From Ylistrum balloti (taxonomy: Eukaryota): DNA of 64,000 bases. The DNA lies in the NCBI RefSeq assembly GCF_031769215.1, contig NW_026782051.1:1116001-1180000 (forward strand), in the 5' to 3' direction. Positions 1 to 12,868 of the stretch are shown here, in pieces. The first letter of the stretch is position 1. Each line of letters begins with the position of its first letter. The notes below the pieces were generated by a model. That model ran no database searches and was not told the origin of the DNA. It saw nothing but the letters and a program-made list of their open reading frames with translations. A program made the translations under genes and the position numbers.

Positions 1-304
1 CTTTCAATTGATATCTATGCATTCCTTTGGAAGAAAACAGCATATGAATATTCCAAAACCTAGCATAACGACAAACATGCAAGTAAAAAACTTCTCCTTG
101 CCGTTTCGTTTTGAGCGGAAGTCAACAGACTTTCCTAATTCACGATAGTCGCAATAAACACTAAAACCAATCCGGTGTTATTATAACTATGCTTGAAGAA
201 TTAAGTAACATATCAACTAATAAGTATATCTTTTCACAAAATGATTAGTTTTGTTCTAATTTGTATTTTCTATAAGTCGTAAAATTCTTTACCGTCCAGT
301 AACC

Positions 305-312
305 ACTTCCGG
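305..312 (-). promoter_or_regulatory. ETS/GABP-type motif (CCGGAAGT) about 120 bp upstream of the CCDC89-like start codon
   Basis: ACTTCCGG at 305-312 in a locally CpG-richer stretch just upstream of ATG 431. An 8-mer match alone is weak evidence. Confidence 0.3.
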
Positions 313-430
313 CGTCATGTTTCTATGCGAAGCTTTTAGTTTTCGGACGGGATAGGCATATCTTTATCTAAAATCTTGTGCGATTGTGTCACCTCTTCAA
401 CGCCATTCGACAACTCATTATGCGATAACC

Positions 431-3400
431 ATGGCGTCAAATACAAGAAATCCAAAGGACATCCGATCTATTGTCGAGGACAGTGATAAGGTGACATCAA
501 AAAGGCCTTTACTCTGGGTATGACTGTGGGAGGACGGTCCCCTCATTTCCTGCTCTAGTGGTTTGAAGTTACGGATGTCAGCTTAAAAAAGATTAGATAG
601 AATGATTTGCTTTTACATCGGCTTATAGCATGTACCACGCTGACCATTTTACAGTAATCGTCAGCATTTAGATGAAATTTTAGAAAAGTAAACTTTAAAA
701 AAAGACCATTTATATGATATAACAACAGGGGATGGAGGCCCAACGTCCCTGCAGGGTATTCAGTTCCATATAGTGGCGGTTGGGATCCAAGGGTGGGTAC
801 TCAAGTATTCAGCAGTGCTCATCAGGGAAGAATAAATAAAAGTAGAAAGTTTGCAAGCAATTTTACAAGCGTATCCATGTGTGTTGTGCCTTATCCTTTC
901 TACTTTTATTTATATGATATGATTATTATTATTTATATGATTGCTCCTACACAAATATTAAAGATTTAGACAGGTGTAGATAGGTGTAGAGTTTGTTCCA
1001 TAACTTATATTCCTATTTTCAAAAGTATTTGGTTAGCTGTGTGACAGACACTGTAATTAATATTTCTATATGTCCATGTCATACTAACCTACTACTTCCA
1101 TGCTACTTCCCTTGGTTTTTCTTGAGAGTTCCTTAATCTCAAACCAATTAAGACCATAATGGGAAAATTCACGCCATAGGTGAGGTCTAGGGACCTTTTC
1201 CCAAGGGTTCAGATCCCAATATCTCATCAAGAATGGTTACCATTCTCTTACATGTGGTTGACCTTCATAAGGTAAGCTTTCATTTGTCTCTGTGCTTTGC
1301 ATATTGACATGACATTGTAGATATGAAAGAGAGATTCCTCTGTCTCAACCATACAATGAGACAAGCATGGATACACTTGTTCAGTGTAAGAGAACATTAA
1401 TTCTCCAATCCATGGGATTTCTTTGGGTGCCAATGTGGAAGAAATGAGGGAAACACATTATTGTCGATTGCCTTGACAAAAATGGAACTAAAGTCTAAAT
1501 CCTGATGTCGCATGGCTCTACAATTTGATCCAATCAAGCATGCTCTATCTGTCAGCTGAATGACAGAAATGATAATTAACATATTAATGCATTATTTACG
1601 AATACATTGGTGCCTCTTTCTTGTATCAAATCCTACCTGCTTCTTGCCTGATAATAGAATTTACTCATTTTGTGTTCTGCTCTCTCATGATACATGCTAT
1701 TTGATTTTGATCCACATGGATCAGAATGGTAGAATCTAATGGTGAAAAATACATTGTCTGTTCAGGTGGCTTGTTGAATGTCATTTTTGCAAACAACCTC
1801 AGTACTGTACTAGATAAGTACAAAGTTGACTCTTTTCACTACCACATCCTCCCCTCTATAATCTATCTTTCATTTTTGCAGAGAATTAGGTCAAGAATTA
1901 AAAAAGTAAAACAAAATAGATTTTAAGCTAAAAAAGTATGTAATGGTACATATTTTTGTACTCATACAAATCATAATTTCAATAATTATTGATTACAAAG
2001 GCATCAATTAAAAGTATTTTCCTTAGAATATCTAATTAATGTTTAGAATGTGTTATGAAAAATGACAGTATCAAACCTCAACATATCTTTGGTGTGTCGG
2101 ATGTGCTTATGGCTAATGCTGTAGTTGACAGTTTAAAGCAGAAGATCTTCAATGTTTGCTGTAGTGTAGAACTTATTGTATCCTTAATTCAAAGTTTATT
2201 GAAAACTCCTGAAAAATGACTTCTTTATAATAAATGTATATTTCTTCTCTTTCATTGTTCCCTTTTACCCATGAAGATGGGTAAAAAAACCTAAAATTGG
2301 ATAAATTCTAATCTTGTTCCCAGAGTTTTCAAGGAATTACTATAAAATACATTGTTAGGGGTATTATCGTGTACCCTTAGTTTCAAAATACAATGGGTAG
2401 CATTATTTGACTCTGAAACATTTATAGCAATTGATGTTTCATTGTGATTTGTAAAGTTTTAAAAATAATTTTCTTTGATGTAGGATATGTCCGACATGCA
2501 GCAGAATTTGTCCAAGTTGAAGGGGCTATCAGCTGATGATAAGACTGAAAAAGCTATGCTTCGCTCTCGTATTGATGAACAGTCTCAGTTGATCATGATT
2601 TTGAAACAGCGTGCAGATGAAGTTGCAAACAAAACAAAGTCGGTTGACAGAATTAATGAAGAACTGATCAGCTTCAGAGATTCGGCTAAAGACATGTTAG
2701 ATGGAGAAATCAGGAAGTACAACATACTCAATTCTAGGTTTGATGACTTGGCAGCCAATCATCAAGAAATGATAAAAATAAAAGACGAATATAAAAGAGC
2801 AAATAAAGATCTACGAGAAGAAAATTCACGGTTAAGGGATGAAAATGCTCGTATATTTTCTGGTGCTATTGCTGAAAAGGATGAACAAATAAGTGAACTG
2901 GCGAAAAAGCTTGGAAGTCTCAAAGAACAGTGTAATACACTGGAACATCGCAACAGGTATCTAGCATTATAATGTGAGAACTTTTACAAAAGGTATTTAG
3001 TACCTTATCAGTTGCATGCATCTACAATAACTTTGTTTTTGTTCTTCTATCATTTTCGATTCTATGAATATTCAAAAGAAAAAAAATTTCATTACCTAAA
3101 ATTGGAAATGAATTGTTGGAAAATCATAACATTGGTACAATGTTTGTTTGTCAATGTCTGATTTGTGATAATTTTTTTGTGGAAAAGCTAGTATTATTAC
3201 AAGATGTCTCATTAACCCACAGCATTAATTCATATTCACATCATAGCATCAGTCGTCCAATGTCTACCCCTGTTTAGATTTTGGCAGTGATGGTTGATCA
3301 AGGTTAAAAGTCAAAAGATCACCATTTTCAGCTTTAATCTTGTGTACAAGATATCTTACAAACCTATAGATAAATGTAGTCCATATTTAGACCATATCAT

Positions 3401-6400
3401 TACCCCCAACATAGTCTACACCTGATTAGATTTTTGTGGTCAGAATATTGATGTTTGTTTGTGAGACAATAACGAGAGGAGTTGCGGAGACGGAAAACCT
3501 GTAACTAACTTTGCGATCATTGTTTAAGGTCATCCTTGATCACATTTTTGTTTAAACCTTGTGTGATCCCTTCATACATTAAACCCTTAATAGATTTAGA
3601 TCAAAAGAAAATGATGATGGGATGGGGTATATCTATGTGAGCAGCCCCACTCACTTTTGTTTTGTATTTGACTTGCTGTTGAGACTAGCTGTTTATTTTA
3701 GACATAACACACAGGAGTTTCGTATGAAGGAAGAGGCTTTACAGGGTGATATCAGGGCATTACAGGACCAGCACAAAAAGGATGTGAAGTCTCTACAGGC
3801 CAAATTACACGAGGCAGAGGAGAGGTTAAAAAGTAGGTCATGTACCTCATGAAAACCCAGGGTATTTAATACTTTACTAAAAAAATAAATGATAAATACA
3901 TTGTACAAGGTTTTCAGAGGAGTCGAAGAGAATTTAAAAAGTTGCCAAATTACATTGATTAAGATTACCAATTAATAGTTATTAACCTGTTAAAAATGTG
4001 ATTTTGACCTTTTTTAACACACAAAAGTTGTATTTTTAGATAAAGTTTTTCCATAATTTAGCATATGTATTTAATATACATGTGTATGTGTTTGCTTGTA
4101 GGTGCAAACTACAAGCTACAGAATCAGGCTGACTCTAAGAAAACCTTGGATGCTGAGACTCAGCAGAAGATTCTGCAACTTACCAAGGAGAAGGATGAAC
4201 TGCTTGATCTGGCAATGCAGCGAGGAAAAATTGTACATGTATGTTATCTATTGGGCTCTGTATTTTCTTACAGAACTTGACTTTGAAGTGTGTAAATGTT
4301 AGGTAATATAGTTGGCTATCAGGCCTAAAGTGTGAGAGACACCCCCAGGGCGAGGTGGTAGAGGGGAGAGATTGTGGCAATAAATTTGGTGTTTGGTATA
4401 CTAGCTGCACTATTACAATTTAAAATTTCATCTTGTATTTTAATCCACAATATATCTGAAAATGAGAATAGATTTTCTATTTTCTGCAGAAAGAACAGAC
4501 AGAGAATAAGAAGTTACAACAGAGGATAGGGGAAATGGAAAAGGCTGTGAGGAATATGGAGGAAAAGTTTGAGTAAGTTTCTCAACCATCATAAAACATA
4601 CAGCTGATGTTTTATAGAAATTCATTTCTCACAATGAATGATATTTGATACTGAAAGTATTGGTGCCTGTGTATAATTAAGTAATATGTTCTACCAGAGG
4701 AACAACAATCTGATAAAGATATCTATAAAGATTTTAAGCAATACTGTTTTGCTTTTAATGTAAAAAAAATAACAGACTAATGAATGTCTTTGTGCTACAA
4801 ATGTATTTTTGTTTAACAATAAGGTAAATTTGGCTTTACATGTTTAGACTGATTCGCGATTACTCAACAAAATATTTGTAATGATGTAATGGTGTCATGG
4901 TTAAGCATTAAGACGTAAAATTTTCCATTTCTTTGTTGTCACATTAGCTGCTGCAAGGACCAGTTCGGTATATTTGTTTATAATTGGCACCATTATGTGA
5001 ACATGTACAATCTTGTTACCAATGTTTATCACCAAAAATGATCACAATCTACTTTTACATGTATTAATGCTGATTGCATGTTAAAAATTTGTTAATATTC
5101 ATGATATTATACAAAGAGAGAAAGACACTGATGATTTAATTTGGAATCTTTATAAAATGTCTCGCATGAATTGTATTGTAAAACTTGTTGTATTGGATGA
5201 ATATCAGAATAGTTGCACTTCATTCTGTCATCATTACAGATAACTTATTTCACTGTATAGAAAAGCTTTACCACAGATCTGTAAAAAAGATATCTCACAA
5301 CTTTTAGTTTATTGAAATATTATCGGAAAAGTGTATACATATTGACATCAATTAATTCAAACCATGTCACCAACACTATTCCTGTTCTCTAGGTGTTATC
5401 AAGATATTTATCTAAACTTGGGAGATTTTGTTAATATCTAATTGAAATATTCTGCTTTTGATTGTTTTTTTTTCTTTAATTATTTGTAAGTTACTGTATA
5501 TATCAAAGTGTTTTTTTCATCCATCCATCCATCGGTTTATCAATCCATCTGTCCATCGGTTTATCAATCCGTCTGTCCATCGGTTGAAGATTAATTATTT
5601 GATCATCTATGAATAGATTCTATATGGCACATGGGAGTAATAGGATACAAGGCAAAACAATCCTTTAGTTTTATCATTCGATTACATTGAATACATTTAA
5701 AACAATTTTGTTTTGATAAATATGACCTTGACCCACTGTTTACATATTACTTACAACGCTTTTGATAACAGATAAGTAGAACTGAAGTCTCATTGTTGTA
5801 TCTTCCTATATTGATGTATATTTTTAGCTTTCACTATCTAATATCTATAAAATGTTGTGTAGCTGGTCAGTGCCATCCCATAAATTGCCAGCATTGTGTA
5901 AACCTGTATCATAAGTAGATGAATTTTTGAACATATAGTATCAATTGCTGTATATGAAATTATATTTTTTCTTTATTGATTTTATTGAATTGTTAAGTAA
6001 GTAATAATGAGTATTCTGAAAGGTGGACATTTCATAAAAACTACAACAAAAAATCACAGTTACACAGAAAAGCAAGCACTGTTGATATAAGTCTAGTTAA
6101 GAGAAGTTTCCTTTGATGCATGTACCTTCATAAAGTGCATTAACTCTATATGCCTCTTTGTCTATTTACTATGATAGTTTACTTCTAATGTGATTGTAGT
6201 CGAGAGGCAGCTGCTGTGAATTCCAACCTCCAGGTGAGGCGTCTCCGAGAAGATCTAGAAGATTCATCTGTCAGAAACAAGGAAATACAGAGTGTAAGTT
6301 TTATACTAACCATTGCCAGATCACCTGGCTGAAAGTCATACTACTAGAAAGTACATGTAAATATGGTGTTTTGTTCATCTTTTTATCAACTTTTTTACTT

Positions 6401-8138
6401 CAGACACTTATACTAATAACCAGTAATTGTAATAATATCTTGTATTTTTGGAAGAAGATTGATCTGAGTTCAATTCATATACTGAAAGGATAAAGAAAAG
6501 CAAGGTAATATTTATTCCGATATTTTGAAAACGCGTTCTCCAAATAAAGTGAAACTTTGTGGATTGAGTAATTAGGTCATATTACACCTTGTCATGTATC
6601 GAAAATTTAGTCACGGTACAGTGCGCAGCTCTGGTAAATAGAGGAAGGAAAAACAAGAATCTCGTGCACCGTGTTCTTCTGGTCTCATGCAGCGTTGGTC
6701 AAGTCACTCTTCGTTAGTCTTTATACAGACCAACTGCTTCCCTAAAATTAATTGAGAATTTGATTCGTTTTAAGAATGGCACGACTCACAGAAGTTCAGA
6801 GGGGTCAGGCCATTCAGATGCTGATGCAAAGACAGCTGCAAAATCAGGTTGCTAGGCATTTGGTGTTAATGTTTCCACCATAGAACGTCTTGTAAGACGT
6901 CTTCGGGAAACTGAGCGATTGGCCGATCGACCTAGGTCAGGACGTCTGCACATAACGTCACGACGCCAGGATCGCTATATCGTCATCTCTCATGTGCGTA
7001 ATCGGCGCCTTACTGCCATTGAGAGTGCACTTAATGTTCGTGGAAATCATGGGCATCCTATAAGTTCAAAAACTGTAAGGAATCGATTACGAGAAGTTGG
7101 TGTAAGAGCATGTCGCCCCTACGTATGTCCACATCTTACCCTGCTCAACGTCAGCGTCGTATGGCCTGGGTCGCTGCACATGCTCCATGACGGTATCCAC
7201 TGAGGCAGTTGAGACAAGTTTTCTTCACGGACGAGTCTTGATTCTGTCTTTATCAATCTGACGGCCGTCAACGTGTCTACCAACATCGTGGCGAACGTTT
7301 TACGGATGCTTGCGTTGTAGAGAGGGATAGGTTTGGGGGTGGTTCAGTAATGGTGTGGGGAAGAATCTCACACGGATTAAAATCACAATTGGTTGTTATT
7401 GATGGCAATTTAACAGCAGCTAAGTATAGAGATGAGATCTTCCGACCCCATGTTATCCCTTTCTTACAGCAGCATAATCTAACCCTCCAGCAGGATAATG
7501 CTAGGCCCCATGTAGCAAGGATTTCCTAAGTCTTTTTGGCCAACAACAACATTCAACCACTAGCTTGGCTGCCATATAGCCCTGATTTGTCCCCGATCGA
7601 GCATCTTTGGGACCAGTTGGATAGACAGGTTCGAAAGCGCCAGCCACCCCCTGCTACTTGAGAGCAGTTGACCAGAGCTCTGATTGAAGAGTGGGACTAC
7701 ATCCCCATAAGACGGATTAACGCTCTCATGAACTCTATGACCAGAAGAATAAGGGCCGTGACCACAGCAAACGGCAGACACACAAGATATTGATGACTCA
7801 GTTCAATTTCAATTTCAAAATCCTATGGGTCCATTCAATTTAATCGTTAGTACCTCTAAACCAATTGTCAGATGCAAAATACAGACTTTGGAAATTTTTG
7901 AGCTTTAATTTATCTGTAAGTATACAAAATTTCATTTTAAATGAAGCCCAATATCATTCTTAATTTCTGGTTGAAAGTTCACCCTGCGTTTCTTTATCCT
8001 TTTAGTATACATATAAGGTCATTGATTCATTTCATTTGTTTGTTCTAACAGGAATTTGAGGCCTATAAGAAACACACAAATGCCCTGCTGCAGAGAGAGC
8101 GGGATATTAATGAGAAATTACGAAACTTAGCCGGATGA
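431..8138 (+). CDS. CCDC89: Coiled-coil domain-containing protein 89-like, 7 coding exons, about 354 aa
   Basis: Exons 431-490, 2484-2956, 3702-3832, 4102-4238, 4490-4572, 6200-6293 and 8052-8138 all have GT-AG borders and compatible phases, totalling 1065 nt and ending in TGA 8136-8138. Motifs MLRSRIDEQSQLIMILKQRADE, LAANHQEMIKIKDEYK, REAAAVNSNLQVRRL and FEAYKKHTNALLQRERDINEKLR match my recollection of vertebrate CCDC89. Confidence 0.85.
6480..8007 (+). mobile_element. Tc1-like (DD34E) DNA transposon, non-functional, in CCDC89 intron 6
   Basis: Imperfect TIRs: TACTGAAAGGATAAAGAAAAGCAAGGT at the left end and reverse-complement TACTAAAAGGATAAAGAAACGCAGGGT at the right end. TA target duplication at 6478-6479 and 8008-8009. 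Transposase remnant 6776-7793 (MARLTEVQRGQAI..., FTDES, QDNARPH-x-SPDLSPIEHLWD with D34E spacing) has frameshifts and stops. Confidence 0.93.
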
Positions 8139-8990
8139 TCAGGATCAAGGGAAGATAACTCTTATATTGGAGGACAACAACACCTTTTGAGATACTTTAT
8201 CTTAATAATCCATTTGTTAAGATAAGAATTATACTTACATTGATATATATATGTGATATGTGTTTTCAAATGGGAGAATGAAATATCACTATTACCTTAA
8301 GTTCATAATGGACATTTTATGAGCAATTTCAATATTTTAGGCTCAGAATTGCAAAGACTGTTAAATATGAGTTGAATATCAATACAATTAAGTATTAATC
8401 CCCCAAACAGAACTTTGGTGGGGGTGAGGGGGGTATAGCTTTACTTTGTGTTTTTCCATCCTTCCATCTTTCTCTCCTTCTGTCTTTGTACATTTCCGTC
8501 CTTCTGTCTTACTGTCTGTCCTTCCGCTATCTGGTCCTAGCTCTATTTCTGAAACTACAAGTCACTGGAACTTTATTCGTGGAGTATAGGTTCAGGTTGG
8601 TGAGATGTGTTCTGTGTGTCCAAAGTAAGTCACAAAGGAAAGTTTTGTCCAGACTCCATCTCTTACACTACTTGTCAGTAGAACTTCTTACTTGGGGCAT
8701 GGATTCACATGCAGTGCATTATTGGCTTATAATTTCACATTAGGAGGAGGGCAGTAATTTGCCAAATTGCCTTGCTGTTTCAGAGTTTTCTTGCAAATTT
8801 CATCTCTTTTTTAATAATAAATTTTTGACAGATTGAAACTCACCGATTCTCTTAGGCTACTAAATTACAATAACATCCAGCTTTTCAATCTGTTATTTTC
8901 CACTGATTGGTGAAAAGACAAAACAGGAAAAGCTAAACTGTGGCAAAAGTTTCACAGTATTAATAGTCTTAATTTTGTTATGGTAAAGAG

Positions 8991-9563
8991 GCAACAGGAG
9001 TCTTAACTTCTGAAAGGTGGCAACAGTAGTCTTAACTTCTGAAAGGTGGCAAAAGGAGTCTAAACTTCTGAAAAGTGGCAACAGTAGTCTTAACTTCTGA
9101 AAGGTGGTAAGTCTTAACTTCTGAAAGGTGGCAAAAGGAGTCTAAGCTTCTGAAAAGTGGCAACAGTAGTCTTAACTTCTGAAAGGTGGCAAAAGGAGTC
9201 TGAACTTTTGAAAGGTGGCAACAGTAGTCTTAACTTCTGAAAGGTGGCAACAGTAGTCTTAACTTCTGAAAGGTGGCAAAAGGAGTCTAAACTTCTGAAA
9301 AGTGGCAACAGTAGTCTTAACTTCTGAAAGGTGGCAACATGAGTCAACTTCTGAAAGGTGGCAAAAGGGGTCTAAACTTCTGAAAAGTGGCAACAGTACT
9401 CTTAACTTCTGAAAGGTGGCAACATGAGTCTTAACTTCTTTAAGGTGGCAACAGGAGTCTTAACTTCCTAAAGGTGGCAACAGGAGTCTTAACTTCTGAA
9501 AGTTGGCAATAGGAGTCTTAAATTCTGAAAGGTGGCAACATGAATCTTAACTTCTGAAAGGTG
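8991..9563. repeat. 29-bp minisatellite, about 19-20 copies
   Basis: Units CAGTAGTCTTAACTTCTGAAAGGTGGCAA and variant AAGGAGTCTAAACTTCTGAAAAGTGGCAA. Period 29 (TCTTAAC at 9001 and 9030). Confidence 0.95.
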
Positions 9564-10602
9564 GTTCAGATTTTAAATATAAGAAAGGGGGTGTCAGGGT
9601 CTAGGGTTTAGAAAGGGACTACAAAAGGGATCTAAATTTAAAAAGAGGGGTGGGTGAGGGGCTTCCTGAGAGAGCAACACAGACTGAATATTGGGTAGAA
9701 GTAGAGGCACTCGGAATTCACTTGTCCAGAAATGGAATCACCACACACTATACTTAGCCAGATTGTTACGGTCATTTTTAGTGCAATTCTTACAGACAGC
9801 ATAGTATTGAGTATATACAGATGTTTATTATTCAGTATTAGATATAATAGAGACTGCTGATATATCCTTAATAGAGGAATTCTTATTATTGATAAATTAT
9901 ATATTGTAATGTGTAATCATGATTGAAGTGCTTCTTACAAACATATATATATTACTGAATAGAAATATTATATAAGGTAAAGGTAAGAGGTTTTTCATAC
10001 AAGGTGCCACTTGCATATGTTTTCAGACATGTTGTTTAAAATGTGTACATTGTTTATATATATTAATTTATTTATCAATAGCCTTCATCAGAATCGTGCC
10101 TAGATTGTCCAGCATTATTTTTATCTCAGTTTCCCACAGGATATGTGAATATTTGTAAGTACTGTTAAAAGTATAATATTTAATGAAAAATCATTCAGGA
10201 AAAGGTCAGGAGTTGTTTGTTTGTGATTGAAATGTTGAATTTCTTGACTTTAAATGTTGGATGTAATGTTGGCTAGATTTGTAGTGTTGCCTAATGAGGA
10301 GCACTGTCTGTATGATATTGTATATGAAGTTTTGTGTTATGTATATATCCAAAATTCAGCCGTCCATATTGCAAGCTTTTAAATGTAAATTTTGATTGTT
10401 ATATTGTGTGGTACATGTGCCTTCTCTCAAAGAAACAGAACAAAAGTCCACATCACTTTCTCACAATATTTAGTCCAGTATAAGGTATATATTGTTAAAT
10501 TAAAGCCAAAGTAACATTGTATGTATGTTAGAATTTTGATTGTACGAGTATAACAATACAAAAGTGTTTCTTATTGGAAATAAAATCTTAGTCCAATAAT
10601 GT

Positions 10603-12868
10603 ACAGGTCAGTACCAGGACTGTTACATGTCACAACTAGTGATTACACTAACATACAGGTCAGTTCCAGGACTGTTACATGTCACAACTAGTGAGTACAC
10701 TAACATACAGGTCAGTTCCAGGACTGTTACATGTCACAACTAGTGAGTACACTAACATACAGGTCAGTTCCAGGACTGTTACATGTCACAACTAGTGAGT
10801 ACACTAACATACAGGTCAGTTCCAGGACTGTTACATGTCACAACTAGTGATTACACTAACATACAGGTCAGTACCAGGACTGTTACATGTCACAACTAGT
10901 GAGTACACTAACATACAGGTCAGTTCCAGGACTGTTACATGTCACAACTAGTGATTACACTAACATACAGGTCAGTACCAGGACTGTTACATGTCACAAC
11001 TAGTGAGTACACTAACATACAGGTCAGTTCCAGGACTGTTACATGTCACAACTAGTGAGTACACTAACATACAGGTCAGTACCAGGACTGTTACATGTCA
11101 CAACTAGTGAGTACACTAACATACAGGTCAGTTCCAGGACTGTTACATGTCACAACTAGTGAGTACACTAACATACAGGTCAGTTCCAGGACTGTTACAT
11201 GTCACAACTAGTGAGTACACTAACATACAGGTCAGTTCCAGGACTGTTACATGTCACAACTAGTGATTACACTAACATACAGGTCAGTACCAGGACTGTT
11301 ACATGTCACAACTAGTGAGTACACTAACATACAGGTCAGTTCCAGGACTGTTACATGTCACAACTAGTGATTACACTAACATACAGGTCAGTACCAGGAC
11401 TGTTACATGTCACAACTAGTGAGTACACTAACATACAGGTCAGTTCCAGGACTGTTACATGTCACAACTAGTGAGTACACTAACATACAGGTCAGTTCCA
11501 GGACTGTTACATGTCACAACTAGTGAGTACACTAACATACAGGTCAGTTCCAGGACTGTTACATGTCACAACTAATGAGTACACTAACATACAAGTCAAT
11601 ACCAGGACTGGTACATGTCATAACTAGTGAGTACAGTGACACACAGGTCAGTACCAGGACTGGTACATGTCACAACTAGTGAGTACAGTGACACACAGGT
11701 CAGTACCAAGACTGGTACAGGTCATTACTAGTAGGCACAGCGATGTACAGGTCAGTACCAGGACTGTTACATGTCACAACTAATGAGTACACTAACATAC
11801 AAGTCAATACCAGGACTGGTACATGTCACAACTAATGAGTACACTAACATACAGGTCAGTACCAGGACTGTTACATGTCACAACTAGTGATTACACTAAC
11901 ATACAGGTCAGTACCAGGACTGTTACATGTCACAACTAGTGAGTACACTAACATACAGGTCAGTTCCAGGACTGTTACATGTCACAACTAATGAGTACAC
12001 TAACATACAGGTTAGTTCCAGGACTGTTACATGTCACAACTAGTGAGTACACTAACATACAGGTCAGTTCCAGGACTGTTACATGTCACAACTAATGAGT
12101 ACACTAACATACAAGTCAATACCAGGACTGGTACATGTCACAACTAATGAGTACACTAACATACAGGTCAGTACCAGGACTGTTACATGTCACAACTAGT
12201 GAGTACACTAACATACAGGTCAGTTCCAGGACTGTTACATGTCACAACTAATGAGTACACTAACATACAAGTCAATACCAGGACTGGTACATGTCATAAC
12301 TAGTGAGTACAGTGACACACAGGTCAGTACCAGGACTGGTACATGTCACAACTAGTGAGTACAGTGACACACAGGTCAGTACCAAGACTGGTACAGGTCA
12401 TTACTAGTAGGCAGGGCGATGTACAGGTCAGTACCAGGACTGGTACAGGTCATTACTAGTAGGCTCAGTGACGTACAGGTCAGTACAAAGACTGGTACAG
12501 GTCATTACTAGTAGGCACAGCGACGTACAGGTCATTACTAGTAGGTACAGTGATGCACAAGTCAGTACCAGGACTGTTACAGGTCATTACTAGTAGGTAC
12601 AGTGATGCACAGGTCAGTACCAGGACTGGTACAGGTCATTACTAGTAGGCTCAGTGACGTACAGGTCAATACCAGGACAGGTACAGGTCATTACTAGTAG
12701 GTACAGTGACACACAGGTCAGTACCAGGACTGGTACAGGTCATTACTAGTAGGTACAGTGACACACAGGTCAGTACCAAGACTGGTACAGGTCATTACTA
12801 GTAGGCACAGTGATGTACAGGTCATTACTAGTAGGTACAGTGACACACAGTTCAGTACCAGGACTGGT
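10603..12868. repeat. 52-bp tandem repeat, about 43 copies
   Basis: Unit ACAGGTCAGTTCCAGGACTGTTACATGTCACAACTAGTGAGTACACTAACAT (starts 10603, 10655, ...). It drifts to a second variant towards 12300-12868. Confidence 0.97.

Noticed and set aside
833-912. 17-bp inverted repeat TAAATAAAAGTAGAAAG in CCDC89 intron 1
   Set aside because: AT-rich and short; cannot be distinguished from a small decayed transposon footprint.
3200-3500. Interspersed-repeat-like segments (also 8400-8790, 16700-16810, 27650-27800)
   Set aside because: They resemble bivalve non-autonomous elements, but I could not identify termini, TSDs or a second copy in the window.
9114-9347. Repetitive ORF KTTVATFQKLRLLLP, and antisense ORF 60515-60895
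   Set aside because: Chance open frames across tandem repeats. The 29-bp unit is not a multiple of 3, and the 33-bp repeat codes on the other strand.
8991-12868. Tandem arrays as CRISPR arrays
   Set aside because: The units are contiguous with no unique spacers, no cas genes are present, and the DNA is intron-containing eukaryotic sequence.
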